DNA of 63,246 bases, filler included, from Olpidium bornovanus S191 (taxonomy: Eukaryota; Fungi; Olpidiomycota): assembly GCA_017911155.1 (NCBI GenBank). It is 30 parts of 30 records of this genome, joined end to end, with 100 filler letters (N's around TTAATTAATTAA, not from the genome) between each part and the next. Parts side by side here need not be neighbours in the genome. Positions count along the whole stretch, not along the records: positions 1 to 4,012 come from JAEFCI010004405.1; positions 4,113 to 8,623 come from JAEFCI010009711.1; positions 8,724 to 10,668 come from JAEFCI010006206.1; positions 10,769 to 11,900 come from JAEFCI010003076.1; 26 more parts are not named here. The stretch is one strand, 5' to 3'. Under the pieces are notes generated by a model that worked only from the letters and a program-made list of their open reading frames with translations, was not told where the DNA came from and did no database searches. Shown one piece after another: positions 1-11,536 of the stretch. A program made the position numbers and the translations under genes. Positions within the stretch are counted from its first letter, which is position 1; every line of letters starts with the position of its first letter.

Positions 1-1035
1 CCGAGGTTTCTCCGGCCACTGTTTGGGCACCGGTCCAAATATGCAGTTTTTTCTCCCGAACGTGCCTTTTCAACGGCCCTGGCCGCGTTACTTCGGCTGC
101 AACCGATTGCCGCGAAACATGCTCCCCTTGGGAAAGACTATGTGCCGGCTCGGCGCTTTCGGACGGTGATTTTAATCGTTCGTAGTTCTCTTGCTTCGGG
201 GGATCTGACGGCTCCGAGTGAAGGTTTCCTTGGGCGAAGGACGGAGTCGCTGAGTCGGAAGGTCTGCCGATCAAGGAAGCAGACAGCGGAGGTGGCGAAA
301 TCTCCGCTTGCGTCCGGTTTCTCCGTGTGTCTGTCGGGAATTCGAGCACCTTCAGTTTCTCCCTGTCCGGGATTCCCTTCGACAAGCGGCTTCCGCTACA
401 AGCCGCCTGCCGTGCAGGCAACTCCGGAGGCGAAGCTCCGTACAGGTCGATGCTCTCGGTGCCGGGCCCCCTCTCGAACGCGCTTTCGTCCGCGTTCGGC
501 CCCAAGCGCGGAAATCCGGTCACCGGAAGTTCTTCCCCGAAACTCGCGATATAGCGCCGCTTGGGCGTATCGCCCGCCTCATCTTTTCCGGAGCCCTCGG
601 TCGACGCTTCCTGCGGGGGATTTGCCGTCGCCACTGGTACAAACAGGTTTTTCTTCATCAGAAACGTGCGTGCCGACCCGATCGTTATCCTCCTGGTCGG
701 GCGCTTTGCGGCGGCATCGCTCTTCACCAATTCCCCGTTTCCTTCGGTGCCAGATAATAAATTTGTGGCCATCTTCTCCTGCAATTCAGAAAAAACGCGG
801 ATATTAGGCGAGTACCTGTGTTTGTGCGCGGTAGCGGGCCCCGTACTTGTAGTTGGTCAACGACGTGTTGGAATCTTGCAGTCGGTGACACGGATGCGTC
901 CGCATTCGCCGACGCCTGCTTCTGTCGGGGTGCGTTAGGCCCAGGAAGCAGCTCGCGTACAGCCGCCACGACGACCGTTTTCACCTTCTCTTTGCTAAAT
1001 GGCGTCGGGTTTGAGATTGGCGTCGAATCACTGCA

Positions 1036-2302
1036 TCATAACCGAACACAAGCCCGAAGGATTGTTCTCAGTTTTCCCTTGCGTGAAAGGAAATAACGAT
1101 AATCATGAACTCCACACCTCTTGTCCATCACGTCCGATTTCAAAATTATCTCGTGTGATGCCTCTGCGTTCCCCTTCGTTCCCGACACAATCTTCGGTGA
1201 GGCGACCCGTGATTTCGCGGCGATGCCGCAAACTCCGTCCGCGTTGCGGAGCAGGAACTCCATCACGCCCCCGGCCGCCATGCTCCCCTTAAGAACGTCC
1301 ACCGAGTTGTCAAGCTGCAGGCAGTTCGGCGCAAACACAATGGCGAGATTGGACACTCCCATTTTGTTCGAGGCCTCGAAAGTCGTTACGCGTTGCAGAA
1401 AGCGAAGAAGATACTGGAGAAACTCGAGGTTTTCCGGCGGCAGGCGGGCCATACATTCCATCATCTTCGGGAGGCTGCCTGACGGTCAATTCGAATGAGA
1501 AAGCCTTTGTGAGGGAAAGACTGGAGATTCCTAAACTTGCGGCCCTCTGAGCGGGCTGGCGACTGGAGGGGAAGGAAGGCACGCCATGCGCGAAAGAACA
1601 CGCACCGTCTACGCCTTTCAGTTGGTTAAATTCTTCAGACGGGATCACCCCTCCGGGGATCTCCCGCACAAACATTTTGATGAGACCAGCCACGGTGCTT
1701 TCGTCGTACACGTCGGTGAGATCAACTTCACCCGCTGCTCACGGACAATGAGTCGTTCCCAGAGAATTTCCAGTTTCCCGTGGAATTCGTTAATTACGCG
1801 GTTGACGTTAAGGTTCGCTCATAACATCCATAGAAGCGGCGAAACGTCAACATAACCAAGAGCAATAAAAGACCAGCGACTCACTGGCCTCCCACTTTTC
1901 CCGGCATGCCTTGATGTTGGCCGCACTTCCCGAAACTCGGAATATCCCCGGGCGACTGATGACTTGTTTGATTGACAATAAATGGAGGAGACCATGTCTC
2001 AAGACTCCGTCCTTTATTCCTCCTCACAGAACTGTCGGCCGTCGGGAAAGGAAGCTTTTGTTTTCACGCCGTTCCTTACCCTCAGGATCGTCAAAAAAGT
2101 TTACCAGCTGTTGGAATGCCACGGGCACACGAGGTTTCCATTTGCCGTCCGCGATGCCGTGCTTGAGCTCGTCTCGGCCCACGAGCGTTGAGATCGGCAC
2201 GCCGAATATGGCCGTCGGTGGCCGCTCGTTCACGCTGCCCTCCCTGGGCGACAGGCCGCCAAAATCGCGACTGAACCCGCGCAAGAGCCGCCTCATGGCC
2301 AT
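1036..2302 (-). CDS. RhoGAP-domain protein, multi-exon; probably continues toward position 1
   Basis: ATG at 2302. Exons encode AIFGVPISTL, SPGIFRVSGS (arginine finger), STVAGLIKMFVREIP and LPPENLEFLQYLLRFLQRV...NKMGVSNLAIVFAPNCL, separated by GT-AG introns. Confidence 0.92.
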
Positions 2303-2890
2303 CTTACTATTTTAGCCGCTTCCACGTTAACGTCTCGAGAGGTCAGTTGACCTGAAGGCAGCGGCTACTTCGGGTTTCCGGGCTTTGGTTGGCGCGCCAG
2401 GAATGTACGAAACTCTACCGCCGCAGACGCCCTATGCCACACGCATTCCGGGGCACCCGGCAAACTCCGCCGCCCTTACGCAACTGCACGCAGAGTTACG
2501 CTCGAACGCGGGTTCGGGCGGGATTGTCGAGCGTCGATTTGGAACGGACCTTGTCGCCAGCGGAGCAGCGTTCCGGGGGTGGCCGGCGGGCGGCCGGGGT
2601 CAGGGAGGCGGATAAGAACTGCACGGTGGCCTAAGCGGGACGAAGCCCGGCCGAGAAGGCGATCTCAGAAAAGGCGGCGGAACCCCGCCGTGGCGCACGC
2701 AACGGCACGTGACCTTGGCAGAGGTTTTTGCCACGCGGCGGTTGGTGCCTGCGGGCGGGCGTCCGTCACAACAAAGAGTCACGTGACCTCGAAGTTCTGC
2801 GTCGCTTTTTCGGTGTCGACCAACTCGGGAGGAAGTGGCGCTGTGCTGCATAATCTCCGCCATCTGGTAGCAGGCGCCGGTAAGTACACG

Positions 2891-3400
2891 TTAGAAGTTG
2901 TGGGCGTCCATGGCTGGGACAGCTGGATTGGGGCAAGCGGCAGCGCTGTCATAGCCTGTGCCCGAATGCGGGAAAAGAAGCAAGTAATGAGGAACCATGA
3001 GGGTTTGCTCGTTTTGCAGCCTGTGTACGGGAAACGCATCTATTCTGCACGCCTCCGGTGCCTGGCACCAGGAGGAAATGTGCTTCAGCAACATGTTCGT
3101 TACGCTGGCCATAAGGGCGATGGTCTGGCCAAATGTCCAGTCCAGCTCCACAAACTGCTGATGGGTTAGCTGGTATTCCAGATTTGAATTCAGATCCTGG
3201 CTGTAGCGAACGTTTTTGATGCCGGAGATGTGCTCAACCTGAAGGTGCTCAATCCCCAGGTCAAATTAAATGTCGACCAGATATGCAATTGAGCAATGGA
3301 ATGCAGGGTCCGCATGCCCTGGGAGTTCAGATAGATAATAATGGCTATATATGTCAGAACAAACAACCGGTGACCAGGTATCCTAAGTAGATGCGTCTGA
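2891..3400 (-). pseudogene. Degenerate putative membrane-protein relic with a WTFGQ motif
   Basis: Reads ...QFVELDWTFGQTIALMASVTNMLL, resembling the W[GT]FGQ-I-AL motif of fungal hypothetical membrane proteins. Upstream frames are broken. Confidence 0.25.
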
Positions 3401-3735
3401 ACTTTGTTAGACCAAAAAATACAATGACCAAACCCTCGGTGTTGTCTCTCGGAGATAGCACCAGAGCCACTTTAAATTCTGGTCTGCGCACATACTAAAA
3501 GCCCCAGGGTGTCCCTTCTTGTCGTAACTTGTGGCGCAGGGAATTCTTGAGGTCTTCAAGCGTTTTGCTCTTCGACTCGGTTGCCGCGCCGGCGCCTTGC
3601 GTAGTTTTGGGCGCTTTGGTCCATTGATGCGCATGTCACGCCAGGCAGGTTTTTATATGGCGGGAAAACTGTCGAGATTCGGTACCATGAGCAGAACCAG
3701 CTCCCCATTACAGATTTTAGGCCAGGTTAAACGCA

Positions 3736-3870
3736 TTTGACGCGGTGCTTTATGTCGGATTCGATGCCAAATTTGATGCTGCATTCAACGCAGTATTTAA
3801 TACTCGATTTTATGCTGGATTAATGCTTGAATTTAATGCTTGATTTGACGTGGGGATGATGTAGGATTTG
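3736..3870. repeat. Degenerate 12-bp tandem repeat, consensus about TTTGATGCNGGA
   Basis: Units: tttgacgcggtg / ctttatgtcgga / ttcgatgccaaa / tttgatgctgca / ttcaacgcagta / tttaatactcga / ttttatgctgga. Confidence 0.6.
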
Positions 3871-4012
3871 ATGACAGGCCCCAATTGGTTTCATGTCGGA
3901 TTTGAGTCTGGATTTTAATCTCGCTTTTCCGAAGGCGAAGGCAAAGCCACAGGTAAGAGCGGAGACGAAAGCGAATGCACGAAGGCGAGATTGCGAAAGC
4001 GGCAGCGAAGGC

Positions 4013-4112
4013 NNNNNNNNNNNNNNNNNNNNNNNNNNNNNNNNNNNNNNNNNNNNTTAATTAATTAANNNNNNNNNNNNNNNNNNNNNNNNNNNNNNNN
4101 NNNNNNNNNNNN
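4013..4112. other. Artificial contig spacer (N44-TTAATTAATTAA-N44), first of 29 identical copies; the last is at 58503-58602
   Basis: Identical 100-nt block recurs 29 times, and the 12-mer puts stop codons in all six frames. Confidence 0.99.
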
Positions 4113-4562
4113 CGCGGTGCGCAGACTACAATTGCATAATTGAGAAGTGAACTCGTTACAGATGGTATGCACACCCTTCCTCCTGTGCGTGTCGACGACA
4201 GGCCTCATCGTGTTCTGTACTTTTGGCGCCATGTTTGCCGTGTGCCCTGCTTGTTCCTCCGGGGATTCCGGCGCAGGTTTCGTTTTGTTCGAGCTTATTT
4301 CGGCGTTGTGCAAGTTTCGTTTTGCGGACTTGCTCGCCTTCGCACTCAGGAGGGGGAGGGATGCCGTGACTCTTTGAAGACTTCCTCGAAAGTGACGACA
4401 CCCCTTCCCTTCCGTCTCCCGCTGCCCGGACCCTCGCGTTTCCCGAACCTCCTCCTGACAGCCAGGGTTCACAGGCTTCCTACATACCACGGCGAGGAGG
4501 ATCAGGGGGCTCGTACTTCCTTTTGGCGCGGACGGCTTACGCCGACCGCGCCTCCACGGTGC

Positions 4563-4728
4563 CATTCGCCATAGCCTGGCGACATTTCCCAGCCGGTGCC
4601 ATTCGCATGCGCGACGTTTGCCGGACTTCCTCAGCATCCAACGCTGGCGTGTCGGTGACATTCGCCACTCCCTAGCGACATTTGCCTGCCAGTGCCATTC
4701 GCATGCGCGGCGTTAGCCGGACTTCCTC
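4563..4728. repeat. Imperfect tandem duplication with 96-bp period
   Basis: cattcgcc...cctggcgacattt...gtgccattcgcatgcgcg...gccggacttcctc starts at 4563 and again at 4659. Confidence 0.85.
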
Positions 4729-6240
4729 CGCGTCCGCGGACCCGGACCCACCCCGCTCGCCCTCGCGCCGGAGGTCCCGGCCTCACTTCCCGAACACGAG
4801 GGCTCTCCTCCTCCCTCGGCCATTGTTTCGGGCGACGCCGCCTCCCTCAACCGGAAGAGTTTCAACCCCTTTCCCGCCGTCTGCCCTGCCAGTTGTGTCC
4901 CATCCAACTCTCGCAAAATGTACGTACCTGCCTCTTCAAAAGCTTCTTCGATCACGTAGGGGCCAAACCACTGTCTCGCAAACTTCTGATGAGTCCCCAG
5001 CTCTCCGTCTCCACATGCTCGTTCCGTTTGAGGACCCAGTCGCCTGCCCGTAGGGGGCGTGGGTGACGCCGACGGACCCGATCCACGCGCGCTTTTTCCT
5101 TCTCTCTCTCCTTCCGGAGCCGCTCCAGCGCCCTCTCGATGTCGTCCTGGGGATTTGCGACCGGCCCCCGGGGGCTACGGGACCGTTCACAGGGGCCGGC
5201 CTGTCATCCATATTTTGACTGTGATCTTATCTGCCCGATGCTGTTCTCTTCGAAACTGCGTGAGGGCATGTCCGCATATACGATATCGCATTCGCCTGCA
5301 CAGGGCTACTCGCCGTACTTCTGCGTTCATGGCGGTGCCCGAAGTCTCTCCAGCTTGGGCGAGGTGCATGACAGCCGACGGCCTGTGGACGGCGTAAAAC
5401 GCGAGCAGCCGACGAGGATTCGTTTGGCGAATGCTTGGAGATTGTGAAGCAAGCGGAGTGCAGGTTTAAACCGTCCGTGACCTCACGTCTTCCCAGGAAA
5501 TCCCATCCCTGCTGCACATTTTCCAACTGGATTGTGCTGCAGGGCTTGTCGGCAAAACGGTAAAAAGACCACTGCTTCCTATGGCACGAGTAGGTGTTCT
5601 TCTCTGCGGACTTTGAATTGTGGAGAGCGGGCGTCCGCGCGGGTCTCCACGCAGGCTTCGCCCATGGTCGCCGTCTCACGTCGTCTCCCTCCTTCTCCGC
5701 GCGGTCCCGGTGGGGAGTGCGTTGGCGGGGTGTGGCACACGCGGGGCTTCCGGAGGGGGTGCCGAACGGGGGTTGTAGGGGGGTTGTCGGGGGTTTGTCT
5801 CGGGGGTTGGGCCGATCACGTGACCAGGGCCCGCAAGGGTGCCTGCGGCGTTGGCCCCGGACGGTGCCCCGCGGCGCGCGCGCATCACAATCTGCCAAAA
5901 AATCTTCGCTTCTTTCTCACGCACAGAGAAGATTGGCGGCATCTTCACCCCTAAATGCCGCGTCCACGCCTAAAGAAAGACAATGTAAGCGTCGGACAGC
6001 GGGTATTTTGGCTGATTTGTGAGGAAGTTGGCCAGAAGTGCTGCATTATGAAGGAGAAGCAGCTTAATCGTACACTGCCCCGTGGAAGCACACTGCTACC
6101 CCACCGGATGACGCAGATTAACCTGGCTAGCCCTCACTTTTCTTGCCCGTCCCAACCTGTGAAGTAACCACTCAAAGAACCACTTGCCTCACTGTCTGTG
6201 TTGTCATGGCAGGGGTGCCTTCGTCACATTCTGCGAGGTG

Positions 6241-6344
6241 GAGAGAGCGAGAAAAAAAGCGAGACACGGAGAAACGGAGAGAGAAAGAGCGAGAAAAAGA
6301 GCGAGAGTGCGAGAAATAGAGAGAGAGAGCGATTCGAGAGAGCT

Positions 6345-6388
<44 letters not shown>
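6241..6388. repeat. (GA)n-rich microsatellite
   Basis: GA-rich tract ending in a pure (GA)n run. Confidence 0.9.
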
Positions 6389-6391
<3 letters not shown>

Positions 6392-6670
6392 CTTTTCCCC
6401 GAACCCTTTTCCGACGTGCCGCACCTGGAGGCAGAGCGCGCAACACGTTGCTACTGCTGCATGCTGTTGACAGTGTGCCAGCAGCATGGTAGCATGCTGC
6501 CGGAAGCAGCCTGGTGCCAGCACAGTGCGTCCAGCGTGGTTTTCTTCCAGTGTACTCCATACTCCTGGCAGCCTGTGTCCACAGTGCTGCCATACCAAGT
6601 TTTTCGTGCTGGGGTATGGTGCACCCAGCTTAGACTCAGCAATTGTATCATATTTCAAAAAAAACTTCCC

Positions 6671-6747
6671 GTACATTTCGGGTACATTGAGGGTACATTT
6701 CCGGTACATGCACATCACGGGGGGGGGTCACCGCCGGGGTATAAAAG
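6671..6747 (+). promoter_or_regulatory. Four 11-bp-phased GTACAT repeats followed by a TATAAAAG box upstream of the transposase
   Basis: GTACAT at 6671, 6682, 6693 and 6704; TATAAAAG at 6740-6747; ATG at 6825. Confidence 0.6.
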
Positions 6748-6824
6748 GCAGGCTTCCCTCCCAAAAAAACCCTCTCAAAAAAGTTTCACCCAACACGCAC
6801 CCCACCGACCACCACATCACCCCA

Positions 6825-8623
6825 ATGCCAAGGCCCAAAAAACAAAAAGCTGCATTCCAAAGAAATGCAGCCATTACTTGTCAGTCCCGTGCAGTCGATC
6901 GGCAGGAACCAGAGCTAGAGGAAGACTGGGAAGCAGCAGGTGAAGATAATAATGCCGACAACGATGACGAGGTGGATCCCATTGACCCGAAACTTCCCAA
7001 TCAATGGCTAGAGGAAATTGATCCCCCTCGACCAGCCTGGAATTTTGATAAAGCTGGCAGCAATTTGCGAACTGTGTACACAGGTAATTTTGAGTGTGTT
7101 GTGATTTTTCCATTTTTTTCGTGATTGTTGCTTACACATCATTCACCTACTGAACTTTTACAAGGCAATTCTCGTATGACGGGATGGAGAAAGCGCAAGG
7201 CACAGGAAGAGCTGGCAGCACATGCAAAGTCATACCAGCACGTTGATCAGATGTTCAGACGAGTGACCGCAGAAAAGGCAGGTGAAGTTGTGGAAGACGC
7301 AGTTGATGATGACGTGGGTATGGATGAATTGGAGAAACTGGCAGCGGCAGAAAAGAAACTCAGAGAAGGACTTGCACGTATCAAGAATCGAAAATCTGAA
7401 TTGGCAGCGGTCTCTGGATACCAGCTGCGGCGATTCATGTGCGTGCAGAGATACATGGCGCTTGTTTTGGAAGGGAAAAGGAAAATTGAGCAAGCTGCAA
7501 AGGAGAGTTGGACAACAAGCACAAACCATGCTGGGCGGTGCATTCGCGCATGGACACAAACGTACATTCAGCTCGGGAACTTGCCTGAACATGCTCAGGG
7601 GAAGCACGCTAAAAGGGAGTCAATCCTGGACGATGAAGACATCAAGGGACGGTGACTGCAATGGTTGCGTACATGCAAGCCTCAAGATCAGTCAGCTGTA
7701 AATTTCCAGCGTGAGCTGCAGACCGTCATCCTTCCGGATAAGCTGGGCGTGGAAGCCACCGTTGGGATTAATACAGTTACTAAGTTCATGAAACTTTGGG
7801 GTTTCCGGAAGCGCGTTGCGGGTCAACAGGTGAGACTGTTTACATAAGCACTATGTGCATTTTTGTTTGCACTTTTGTTACTGATCTCTGGTTATCGTCA
7901 GATATATTTTGATGGTCATGAGCATCCAGATGTTGTTGAGTATCGCCAAGACTGGGCCAAAATAATGCTCGAGTGCCGAAAGCTCATGGACACTTTTACG
8001 GGCGACAACATGGAAGTGACTGTTTCACCTCACCTACACATCTGGGAAAGCAAACACGTTCTTGTCACGTATGATGAGTCGACTTTCTATTCCAATAATG
8101 CAAAGACTTCGATGTGGATGGAGGACGGTGAATCAATCATTAAGAAGAAAGGTCAAGGTGAGTTTGTGTAATGTGATTGTCGTTGTTGTATTTGTATGCA
8201 CACCGTGCTGACATTGCTGTATGCAATAGGTGGATCACTCATGGTCAGCGACTTCTTGTGCGCATGCCATGGCCCATTACGTCTTTCTGCGGAAGAAGCA
8301 AAGAACTGTGATCTCCCGGAACAAGCAAGAATCATTATTCAGCCAGGAAAAAACAAAGATGGATGGTGGAAGAGTACGGACATGGTGAAACAACTGGAAG
8401 AAAGGGCGTTGCCAATTTTCAAAGCCCTTCATCCCGACTGCATTGGTATGTTCAGTTGTATTGTTTGTATACATGGCAACCGCTACTTTTCGTAAATTAA
8501 CTCATGGCTCGTGATCACAGATGTATTTTGTTTTGATCAATCCACCAACCACAATGCATACCCACCGGATGCTCTCATCACGTCAAGGATGATGCTGAAC
8601 TCAAAGTTAGCCAGCAAGCTGGA
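6825..8623 (+). mobile_element. Spliced IS630/Tc1/mariner-like DDE transposase pseudogene (4 introns, 1 premature stop, 3' truncated)
   Basis: Exons 6825-7083, 7165-7829, 7902-8157, 8230-8445 and 8521-8623 join in frame. Motifs: IYFDGHEHPDVVEYR, LVTYDESTFY, KGQGGSLMVSDFL, PGKNKDGWW, VFCFDQSTNH. In-frame TGA at 7653-7655. Confidence 0.88.
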
Positions 8624-9161
8624 NNNNNNNNNNNNNNNNNNNNNNNNNNNNNNNNNNNNNNNNNNNNTTAATTAATTAANNNNNNNNNNNNNNNNNNNNN
8701 NNNNNNNNNNNNNNNNNNNNNNNCATGCAGGGGTGCGCAAACGCGGGTAACCGTGGAGACGCGCAACCGGCGCAATCGTGGACGCCGCGGGAGGACCGGA
8801 ATCGACAATCGCCTTTCTGCTTGGAAACCATTTTCTATTCCGACAACCGGACGGAGGCCGCGAAGAATAGGAGAGGGCCGCTCAGATTGCAGCTCATCGC
8901 CGAGACGAAATAAAGCCCGCACTCTCGTCCACTGACAACTGAAAGTTGGCCCAAACTGGAAACGGCCGTTCCGCTCCGACCTTCAGACGGCGTTCCTCGT
9001 AATCGACGATCCGATCGTCTTGAAGCGTCTTGCGGCAGTACCTGTCAGGGTTCGGCGTTCTTCCCCCCTGACTGTTTGTTCCATATTCCAACGAATTCCA
9101 CGCAGGCCTGTACGACTGACCTCACAAAAAAGACGACTACTCGGACCTGCGGACCGCAAGG

Positions 9162-9800
9162 ATGAACGCCCTTCACATCATCTCCGCGCTGCTCGCCGTG
9201 ATCCTGACCGGGTTGTTTCCGTCCAATTCCGGCAGCGGGCTCGTCGCTGCTTTGCCCCCCACTGTTGTCTACCGCCCGGTGACCGTCGAGCAGCTGAAGG
9301 AACCGCAGTTCTGGCCTAACTACAACGAGCCCCGACGCCCCCGGGCGCGGCCGCTCGTCAAACCGACTTTGGTATGTCGCGAAACCCCGTCCCGGCGCAA
9401 AGGCGTCGCCAGGCGGGCGCACGGGCGCTGACGTATTCGTGCTCTGTGTCCTGTTCCGCTTCCTGCGTCGATACGCCAGACGCAGACCTGCGAACCGCTG
9501 GGAGTTTTCTTGGGAATCGACATCTACGACGGCCATATCGCCTTCTTCATCGGCGCCGCCCTGATCGTGATGATCGGACGAGCCGCGATGATCCGCAGGC
9601 CTGCCGTCGAAAGGCGGACGGCAAACGACGCCCGGCAGACGGCGGTGAGGTGTCCATCTAACCTGACCCTCTTGCGCCAGCGGAGACCGGATTCCCGACG
9701 GTCTCAGCCGGTTGGAGTCGATGAGGAAGAAGGCGGCGGCCATATAAATGACGAGCCGAACCAAGTGGTGGTGACGTTTGACCACCAACCATACTGCTAG
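9162..9800 (+). CDS. Small signal-peptide, single-pass membrane protein of unknown function (~164 aa)
   Basis: Hydrophobic N-terminus MNALHIISALLAVILTGLFP. Intron 9372-9479 (GTATGT...gctgac...CAG) joins in frame to a TM segment IAFFIGAALIVMIG. Possible 36-nt intron at 9645-9680. Stop at 9800. Confidence 0.6.
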
Positions 9801-11443
9801 CCTGACTTTCGCCGAGGACGGTTATTCCTAAGAATACGATCGTTTCCGAACTGTTTCCCCCGCGCGATGCAACGCGCCGCTCTTAAAACCTTGTGCTCCT
9901 TCACGTCGTCGAAGCTTTTCACAGCCATTCTCTAAACCATCCGCCGGCCGTCTTTAGAATTAGATGTGACTGTCCGCTGCGTACGCGAAAGGCGCACCGT
10001 CCCGTAATTCTGCTTCCGCTTTGCCAATACAGGATTATTTCCTTTGCGGCAACCGTTCGTGAATTTGGATGCGCATCCATCCTTCTCGCGTCAGCGTCGG
10101 CTTCGGTGCACCGCAGGCGCGCCACTCCCGCGGCAACAGTGAGGACTACTCGCGTGACCAGCAAGCGGCCCAATTTTTTGCAGATGCCGATGTCGCGGAC
10201 AGCGTGAGTTGTGCAGGCGGGCGCACGGAATCGTTTCGGCTCAGTCCGCAAACGCCGCGGGCGGTACGCTTTCTTTCTCTGCAGGTCAAGCAACGTAAGG
10301 AGCCGAATTTTACGGCAACGGAACGCTGCTGAACGTCGATATCTCCGACTGCTGATTTTGGCAAAAGCAGTGCTTGTTCGCCGGCCGTAAAAGCGATTTC
10401 GGAACGTTCCGACCGTGAAGATGCGTTTCGGATGCGCATCTGACACACAGCCCGCCAGAAAAATGCGACACACATTATTGCGGTTCGATGATGTGATGCG
10501 GGGTGTGAGTGACCCGTGGCCAGTCGAGACGACTTCAAAGCGTTTTGCACTCCAGTTACCCGTCCGCCAAGCGTCTCCTGGGCCGCTGCAGCAGCTACCG
10601 CATCAGAAACGAAGAAGGAAGCGACTTCATTGTCGGTGCAGCAAACGCAGCGCCTTATGGGCGACATGNNNNNNNNNNNNNNNNNNNNNNNNNNNNNNNN
10701 NNNNNNNNNNNNTTAATTAATTAANNNNNNNNNNNNNNNNNNNNNNNNNNNNNNNNNNNNNNNNNNNNCATGGGGCTTAACGACTAACTCTGCTTTCCGA
10801 TTAAAGTACAAAACTAGTACAACAATGGTGTGGAAGGAAAATCAGGCCAAGGTGCACCGGGAGGGAGGAAACTCCAAGCCGGGGTTCGGCGGTGCCGTCA
10901 ACCCGCTCCGGAGCAGGAGTGCATTCTCCAAGACTCCGAGTCACTTCTCAGTCTAGTGCCAATTATCGGAGAGTACCAATAGTGCCTGGTGAGGGCGGCA
11001 AGTACTTCGGTGGGTAACAAGAGCCCCCGGAAAAAGGGGGGGGGGGCAGAATGACGCGTCGCGGCAGAGGGTGCTGTAGTTAAAGTAGACTACGCGTAGA
11101 ATCCCACCCCCCTGCTCGCGCGCGAACTCCCACCACTCTCCGTCCCACACACCGCACAACCCACTCTCCGCTGAGGAGAACTCTCGTCACTGCCAAGGCG
11201 AAACTTCGTTTAGAGAATTTAAACACTGCGTGTGGATCCCAGTTACACCGCCGTCGAGGCGAGTGATTTCGGAGGATAGACTAGTGCATTCGAGCCCCAC
11301 TCAGAATTGCCGCCGAGGCATAAAAAAAAGAGGAAGGAGAAAGAAAGAAGAAGAGGAAAACAGCCATGGCACCCCAGCGGTCGCCGAAAGAGACTGCCTT
11401 TGGGACAAGCAGAGCCGTTCTTGCCCACAACGGCGCAATGGTC

Positions 11444-11536
11444 CGCATCTTCTACGACGAGCGCATGTCTCAAGGAGGGGCCCGGGGAGACCCCATTGGG
11501 GACGCGTTCAAGAGCTACGTTTTCCGGGTCCCCGGG
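11444..11536 (+). pseudogene. RPS6: Diverged fragment of ribosomal protein S6 (eS6)
   Basis: RIFYDERMSQGGARGDPIGDAFKSYVFRVPG resembles eS6 RIFYDKRMSQEVxGDxxGDEFKGYVFRITG. Flanking sequence does not match eS6. Confidence 0.7.

Noticed and set aside
142-807. Long Arg/Pro/Ala-rich plus-strand ORFs here and elsewhere (e.g. 16818-17423, 44979-46145, 61026-61887)
   Set aside because: They are antisense shadows of GC-rich genes or low-complexity frames; several run into N spacers and lack family motifs.
1900-1912. GC-AG intron donor in RhoGAP
   Set aside because: A canonical GT donor a few codons downstream explains the junction equally well.
2895-2925. Shared QPWTP peptide with 42880-42905, suggesting a common element
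   Set aside because: Similarity is limited to about 19 nt and the flanks do not align; probably chance.
4057-4068. Recurrent TTAATTAATTAA palindrome as a biological repeat or CRISPR-like array
   Set aside because: Always centred in N44 padding; it is a six-frame-stop linker added when contigs were concatenated.
7653-7655. In-frame TGA in the transposase as selenocysteine or programmed readthrough
   Set aside because: No SECIS-like structure was noticed; a nonsense mutation in a decaying element is simpler.
9919-10473. Second secreted protein on the minus strand
   Set aside because: The hydrophobic stretch has no suitable ATG or supported splice junction.
11283-11300. tRNA T-arm-like GTGCATTCGAGCCCCAC
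   Set aside because: No D-arm, anticodon arm or acceptor stem could be folded.
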